44,659 nucleotides of DNA, taken from contig CAYGYX010000008.1 in NCBI GenBank assembly GCA_964354255.1, positions 7,898-52,556 on the forward strand, given 5' to 3'. This stretch comes from an uncultured Acidimicrobiia bacterium (GTDB lineage: Bacteria; Actinomycetota; Acidimicrobiia; Spongiisociales; UBA11373). Below, one piece after another: positions 39,869 through 44,659 of this stretch (position 1 is the stretch's first letter; every line of letters begins with the position of its first letter). Both the position numbers and the translations under genes were made by a program. The notes beneath the pieces were generated by a model. The model made no database searches. It was given only the letters and a program-made list of their open reading frames with translations, and was not told the DNA's origin.

Positions 39869-40666
39869 TCAGCCGACCGCGGCCGCGGTCGGCTCCATGG
39901 GCTCCGCCAGGCCGGCCCAGGCCGGGCAGATGTCCTTGAAAGAGCACCACTCGCAAAGGGGGCCGGGCCGGGGTGGGAAGTCGTCGCGGTCCATGGCCCG
40001 CTCGATGGCCGCCCAAAGCGCCCGCAACTGGCGGTCCATGGCCTCGAGCTGGGCAGGGTTGACCGCCAACTCGTAGACGACGGGCCCGTTGAGGTAGATG
40101 AGCCGCAGGAGATCGGGGGCGCGCCCGCTCCGCCGGCGCACGAGCAGGGCGTAGGTCTTGAGGGCGAAGAAGGCGGGGAGGGCATAGCGCTCCGGCGGGG
40201 CCTTGCCGGTCTTGTAGTCGCTGATGACCAGGCGGCCGTCGGGAGCGGTCTCCATGCGGTCGAGGATGCCCCGGATGGTGATGCCGTCGAGGTCCTCGAG
40301 CAGGTCCATTTCCCGCTCCAGGGGATCGAAGGAGGCGGGGTCTTCGACGGCGAAGTAATTGGCGAGAATCTGCAGGCTCTCCAGGCCCCAGGCGCGTTCA
40401 TCCTCGACGCTGGCGAAGAGCTCCGAGTACTCGGCGGTGGAGCGGAGTACCTCCCAGGCGCGGCGGAACAGGTCGTACAGCGCCTCGGGAGTGCGCTGGT
40501 CCCGGGGCCGATCGAAGAGCCGCTGCAGCGCCAGGTGGGCGGTGGTCCCGCGGGCCTGGTAGGTGGTGACCGGCTCGGGCAGGCGGTCGATGGCCCGGAA
40601 GCGGAACAGCTGCGGGCAGTGCTTGAAGTCGCCGGCCCGGCTGGGGGACAGGGTGTGGAGCCCCAT
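39869..40666 (-). CDS. Stand-alone RecB-family PD-(D/E)XK (Cas4-like, 4-Cys) nuclease
   Basis: LSPSRAGDFKHCP, GILDR, ISDYKTGK, LCEWCSFKDICP. ATG lies 7 nt after TATAGT. Confidence 0.88.
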   Translation of the reverse strand: MGLHTLSPSRAGDFKHCPQLFRFRAIDRLPEPVTTYQARGTTAHLALQRLFDRPRDQRTPEALYDLFRRAWEVLRSTAEYSELFASVEDERAWGLESLQILANYFAVEDPASFDPLEREMDLLEDLDGITIRGILDRMETAPDGRLVISDYKTGKAPPERYALPAFFALKTYALLVRRRSGRAPDLLRLIYLNGPVVYELAVNPAQLEAMDRQLRALWAAIERAMDRDDFPPRPGPLCEWCSFKDICPAWAGLAEPMEPTAAAVG

Positions 40667-40786
40667 GCCGGGGACTATACGCCCGCCGAGTGACACGGGT
40701 GTAGTTCGGCGGGAGGGGAGAAGAGGGGGTCGTAAACCGGAAAGTCGCAAGGTGCGCGGCCACAATGCCGTTTCACGCTGGCGCGG

Positions 40787-40800
40787 GGGCCGTTTCGGTG
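40787..40800. repeat. Left arm of a 14-bp inverted repeat (partner at 44247-44260)
   Basis: GGGCCGTTTCGGTG is the exact reverse complement of CACCGAAACGGCCC at 44247. Confidence 0.5.
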
Positions 40801-40887
40801 TCGGTGCCCGGCCCACAACCGTGACCGCGAGCAGGCGGTTGTCCCCGTATCCTCAGGGAGCGCGGACGTAGGCAACAGGCCATCGGG

Positions 40888-42393
40888 ATGAACCGTGTAC
40901 ACAGCAGTCGCCGCGGCGGCCCTTCCCAGTGGGTGTGGCTGATCGCGGCGGCCGGCGTGGCCGGGGTGGCAGCCGTGCTGGTGGTCACTCTGTCCGGCGG
41001 CAAGGATGACGGCTCTCCGGTTTCCGATGTGACGGCCACGCCCGTTCCATCCCTTGGCGGAGGGCCGGTCTATTACGTGGCAGCGGAGGAACCGCAGGCC
41101 AGCGACACGAACAACGGCTTCTACCCGACTTATCGCGGCGGTAGCGACGGTCCCTGGCTGACTCTTCAGCATGCCGCCAACGCCATGGCCGCCGGGGCGA
41201 CCACCTATGTGCGGAGTGGGGTCTACTACGAATCGGGCATCACCTTCGCCGCCGCCGGCCTGGCCGAGGCGCCGATCACCCTGGCCACCTACCCCGGTGA
41301 GGAGGCCATCGTGGACGGGTCGGGGACAGGGGGCCTTCTGCCCGGGATCGGGATCACGGAGGGGCAGGGTTACTACGTCATCCAGGGCCTGACCATCCGT
41401 CACATGCCGTGGAGTGGGATCGCAACCGACGCCGCGTCGTCGGTGCCTTACCCGGGCATCGTCATCCGCGACTGCGTGCTGTACGCCAACGGATGGTCGG
41501 GGATCGACCTGGCAGCCGCCGTCGGCTTCCTGGTCGAGGGAGTGGAAGCGTACGAGAACGGCTTCTACGGGATGAACGTCGGTGCCTCTGAGGACGGCTC
41601 CCTATCCAGTGCGGACGGGGTGGTCAGGGACTCGGGCTTCTACAACCAGCTGGGGGAGGAGGGCCATGGTCTCGCCGTCAATCAGGGACACGACATCGTG
41701 CTGAGCGGCAACTTGGCCCATCACAACCGGATACACGGGATCGACATCTCCGACATGCCGAAGTCCGGTGAGCTGTCCCACGACATCATCGTCGAAGGCA
41801 ACTCCTCCCACGACAACGGTGTGGGGGGGTTCTCCATCAACTCCGACTCACACCACGTCGTCTTCCGCAACAACACCGCCTGGAGCAACGGGACGGGCTT
41901 CCTCTGCTACGAGGGCTGCTGGCACATCGAGTGGTACAACAACGTTGCGGTCGGCAACTCAGATGCGGGCTTCCGGGTGCAGGCAGCGCTCGGGCTCTAC
42001 AGCACCCCTGGCGACAGCCTGCTGGTGTTCAAGAACAACATCGCCGACGGCAACGGCCTCCGGGGCTCCGACGAGCGGCCGGCCCTCGTGGTGGAGGGCA
42101 CGCAGTGGGAGACCATCGTGGAGCACAATGACTGGAGTGGCGGGGCAGGCGCGGATGCCCTGGTGGTGGGGCTCAACATCGTGGACGAGTCGGGCGACAT
42201 CTACTCAGCCGCCCAGATCAACCAGGGCGCCTTCCCCCCCGGCAATGTGTCGGCCAACCCCCAGTTCGTGGACCCTGCCACGGCGGACTGGCACCTGCAG
42301 GCCACCTCCCCACTGATCGACCTGGGGGTCGACGTGGGCCTGCCCTACTGCGGAGCGGTCCCCGACCTCGGCGCCTTCGAGTCCTGTCCCTGA
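40888..42393 (+). CDS. Membrane-anchored right-handed parallel beta-helix protein (pectate-lyase-like fold)
   Basis: N-terminal TM; YYVA...GPWLTLQHAA; Asn-ladder repeats (N..H.N...GI); C-terminal NPQFVD...SPLID.G...PDLGAFE. Confidence 0.8.
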   Translation: MNRVHSSRRGGPSQWVWLIAAAGVAGVAAVLVVTLSGGKDDGSPVSDVTATPVPSLGGGPVYYVAAEEPQASDTNNGFYPTYRGGSDGPWLTLQHAANAMAAGATTYVRSGVYYESGITFAAAGLAEAPITLATYPGEEAIVDGSGTGGLLPGIGITEGQGYYVIQGLTIRHMPWSGIATDAASSVPYPGIVIRDCVLYANGWSGIDLAAAVGFLVEGVEAYENGFYGMNVGASEDGSLSSADGVVRDSGFYNQLGEEGHGLAVNQGHDIVLSGNLAHHNRIHGIDISDMPKSGELSHDIIVEGNSSHDNGVGGFSINSDSHHVVFRNNTAWSNGTGFLCYEGCWHIEWYNNVAVGNSDAGFRVQAALGLYSTPGDSLLVFKNNIADGNGLRGSDERPALVVEGTQWETIVEHNDWSGGAGADALVVGLNIVDESGDIYSAAQINQGAFPPGNVSANPQFVDPATADWHLQATSPLIDLGVDVGLPYCGAVPDLGAFESCP

Positions 42394-42594
42394 GCACCGG
42401 TGCTCCCTGAGCGTCCTGCCCCCGAACCTAGCCGTTCAGGCCGCCGCCCCCGAGTGGACTCCATGCAATGAGCCGCCGCCCCGCCCCGGAGCCGGGCAGC
42501 GGAGAAAGGAGGCCTGGCGGCTGTAGGTGGCTGGCCGGAGCGGCGCGTATCCGGCCCGTCGGATAGAGTCCGGCTCACCGAAGCGAGGGGGAAC

Positions 42595-44019
42595 ATGCGC
42601 CGTGTAGCGGTCGCGTGGGTGATCGTGACAGCCGTGGTCGCGGGGTGCTCCAACGGCAGCGGAGGCGGGCCATTCGGCTCGGGTACCACAAACGGTGTCT
42701 CCTCCAGCGTGCCGTCGTCGGGGACAAACGCACCGGTGACCACGGTACCGATGTCGCTGCCCGCCGGCTGTTCGCTGGAGACTGCGGGCCCCCTCGTTAC
42801 CGGCACGGACTTCTACACCGTACCCGACGTGGCCGAACCACCCGTGCGCCACTGGTACCGGGACCCGACCTTCGGCACCTGTGTAGTGCGGGTCACCGAC
42901 CGGGGAAGCGACCTGGACCCCGACGATCCCTCCCCTGGGATCACCAACGACTACTCGCGGGTCCCCGCCTTCAACGCTGACGGCTCTTTGCTGCTGCTGC
43001 GGAGCACGGAGGGCATATGGTACCTGTACGACGCTGCCACCCTCCAGCCGATCCGCAGCGTGCCGGTGGAGGTCGAGCCGCGCTGGGATCCCGCCGACCC
43101 GGCGGTGATTCACCACCACGACGGGACCCGCCTGCTCGCCTACAACGTGACGACCGGGGACGAGAGCCTGGTGCACGACTTCGCCTCGGACCTGCCCGGC
43201 ATGGATCTTGTCGCGGTGTGGACCCGCGAAGAAGGCCGCCCTTCCGCTGACGGGCGCTACTGGGCGATGCAGGCCCAGAACACCGACTGGCAGACGGTGG
43301 CCTTCCTGGTGTATGACCGAGAGGCGGACACGGTCACGGTGCGCGACCTGCGCAGCCTTCCCGGGGTGGAGGAGGGTATCGACCACGTCGCGATGAGCCC
43401 GCTGGGAACCTACTTTCTGGCCTCTGTCGACCACTACTGCGAACACGGGCAGTTGGGCACCGACGCCGAGCCGTGCGGCCTCATGGTCTACAACCGGGAC
43501 CTGCAGGAGGGGCGGAGCCTGCTGCGCATCATCGGACACCACGACGTAGTGCTCGACGCCGAGGGGCGCGAGGCGGTGATCTTCCAGGACGTCGACACCG
43601 ACGAGATCTCCATGCTCGACCTGGAAAGCGGTACGGTGACCCCGCTGTTGCCCATCGACTTCAGCTACACCGCCATCGGTCTGCACTTCTCCGGCCTGGG
43701 CTTCGACCGGCCGGGCTGGGTGCTCGTCTCCACCTACGACGACGACCCCGTCGCCCACACCTGGATGGACGACCAGGTCTTTCTGGTGGAGCTGGCGGCC
43801 GGCGGCCGGGTGGTGCGCCTGGCCTACAACCACTCGGTACGCGACGAGGCGCAGGAGGTGGACTACTGGGCGGAGCCCCACGCCACGACCGACCGCAGCC
43901 TCACACGAATCGTCTTCAGCAGCAACTGGGGCAGGACAGGGAGCGGCGAGGAAGAGGTCTATCTTATCGCCCTGCCGCCCGACTGGCCCGACCTCCTCGG
44001 CCCCGCCTCCGGAGGATAG
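42595..44019 (+). CDS. Lipoprotein with probable beta-propeller domain
   Basis: Lipobox VVAGC; S/T/G-rich linker; FNADGS and PSADGRY repeats; terminal IVFSSNW. Confidence 0.72.
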   Translation: MRRVAVAWVIVTAVVAGCSNGSGGGPFGSGTTNGVSSSVPSSGTNAPVTTVPMSLPAGCSLETAGPLVTGTDFYTVPDVAEPPVRHWYRDPTFGTCVVRVTDRGSDLDPDDPSPGITNDYSRVPAFNADGSLLLLRSTEGIWYLYDAATLQPIRSVPVEVEPRWDPADPAVIHHHDGTRLLAYNVTTGDESLVHDFASDLPGMDLVAVWTREEGRPSADGRYWAMQAQNTDWQTVAFLVYDREADTVTVRDLRSLPGVEEGIDHVAMSPLGTYFLASVDHYCEHGQLGTDAEPCGLMVYNRDLQEGRSLLRIIGHHDVVLDAEGREAVIFQDVDTDEISMLDLESGTVTPLLPIDFSYTAIGLHFSGLGFDRPGWVLVSTYDDDPVAHTWMDDQVFLVELAAGGRVVRLAYNHSVRDEAQEVDYWAEPHATTDRSLTRIVFSSNWGRTGSGEEEVYLIALPPDWPDLLGPASGG

Positions 44020-44246
44020 GGCGCCCGGGGAGAGCAGCAGGTCACGCACCCATCGCTGGGGGTGGACGGCACCGGAGGGACGCGGGGACTCGGTCAGCAG
44101 AGGGGAGGAGGGGTGTAGCCGGGGGCAGGGGTCCTGGCCGCGGCCGCGGTCAGGCCGCTCGATGCCGCAAGACCGCGCCGGAAGCCCTGAACGGGCACAC
44201 ACCCGAACCCGCACGTCGGAGACGGTATTCAGGCGTTCCCCCAGGT

Positions 44247-44260
44247 CACCGAAACGGCCC
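44247..44260. repeat. Right arm of a 14-bp inverted repeat (partner at 40787-40800)
   Basis: CACCGAAACGGCCC; the match extends by GCGC with a 2-nt gap. Confidence 0.5.
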
Positions 44261-44312
44261 GCGCTTCCTGGGAGGGGAGGAGGTCACGGCCTGGCCCTCT
44301 GAACTCAGCCAG

Positions 44313-44659
44313 TCAACCCCCGGCCGTCGTTCCGCTTGCCAGGTAGTGGTACAAGACTCCGTCGGGGTGCCTGGGCGCCCGCAGACCCCGCCGCTCCAGC
44401 TGTTCGATGGCCCAGCTGATGGCGGCTTGCCGGTAGGGGCCGGCTTCGCTGCCGGCCGGGTGTGAGCGTCCGGTGATGGCTTCGTAGACGGCGCTCTTCT
44501 GCCGGCCGGTCCCGGCCATCACCTCTCGGACCTCCATCTGCTGGAGGATGGGGAGGACGAGCTGGGTCCAGCGGTCGCCCCGGGTGCCATGGGTGTTGCG
44601 GTAGTCGTCGGGGTTCATGGTCTGGCCGGTGGCGCGTTCTTCGAGGAGGTTGGCTTCCT
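44313..44659 (-). CDS. 3' end of a larger gene with C-terminal HTH-like segment; possibly a casposon-type family B DNA polymerase
   Basis: Frame is open to the window edge: EANLLEERATGQTMNPDDY...WTQLVLPILQQMEVREVMAGTGRQKSAVYEAITGRSHP. The family call rests only on recalled similarity to GKE[AS]NxLEE+HTH tails. Confidence 0.45.
   Translation of the reverse strand, partial: EANLLEERATGQTMNPDDYRNTHGTRGDRWTQLVLPILQQMEVREVMAGTGRQKSAVYEAITGRSHPAGSEAGPYRQAAISWAIEQLERRGLRAPRHPDGVLYHYLASGTTAGG

Noticed and set aside
39869-40666. CRISPR-Cas locus suggested by a Cas4-like nuclease
   Set aside because: No repeat-spacer array or other cas genes in the window; solo RecB-family nucleases are common in Actinobacteria.
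40696-40707. CGGGTGTAGTTC resembling a tRNA-Gly 5' end
   Set aside because: No D-loop continuation, anticodon arm or T-arm follows.
40725-40770. c-di-GMP-I riboswitch-like words (TAAACC-GAAA-CGCAAG)
   Set aside because: No P2 stem can form around the GAAA and the spacing is too short.
42392-42405. Perfect 14-bp palindrome GAGCACCGGTGCTC after the beta-helix gene
   Set aside because: Single occurrence with no U-tract or second site; function cannot be supported.

Overview
High-GC actinobacterial chromosomal window (gene content suggests Acidimicrobiia; this is inference) with about 32 CDS. I can support no rRNA, tRNA or CRISPR array. Left to right: two tandem trypsin-like (S1A) proteases with RTX Ca-binding tails (the first truncated), an ABC-F ATPase and a small membrane protein missed by the ORF track. 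Next is a hypoxia-type block: GNAT/acyl-CoA-synthetase-like acetyltransferase, ppdK, a divergent DosS-like heme-GAF kinase and DosR-like regulator with DosR-box-like sites, and a CBS-BON protein. This abuts a menaquinone cluster (hydrolase, menF, menD, menA, menB, menE; no menC). Then come DUF2157, SDR, MEMO1, an M3 peptidase, a PQQ-type propeller, a degenerate DUF885 coupled to a class V PLP enzyme, an archaeal-type (class II) GAPDH homolog, a stand-alone infA, a stand-alone sufB, a YchF variant lacking the G3 glycine, and dtd. A DNA end-processing cluster follows (RecB/Cas4-like nuclease, DUF488, AdnA, AdnB; three 4-Cys PD-(D/E)XK domains). The window closes with two surface-protein genes bracketed by a 14-bp inverted repeat and the 3' end of a gene that may be a casposon-type PolB. 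At least eight genes look leaderless (TANNNT 7-8 nt before the start). All calls come from reading motifs by eye; no searches were run.
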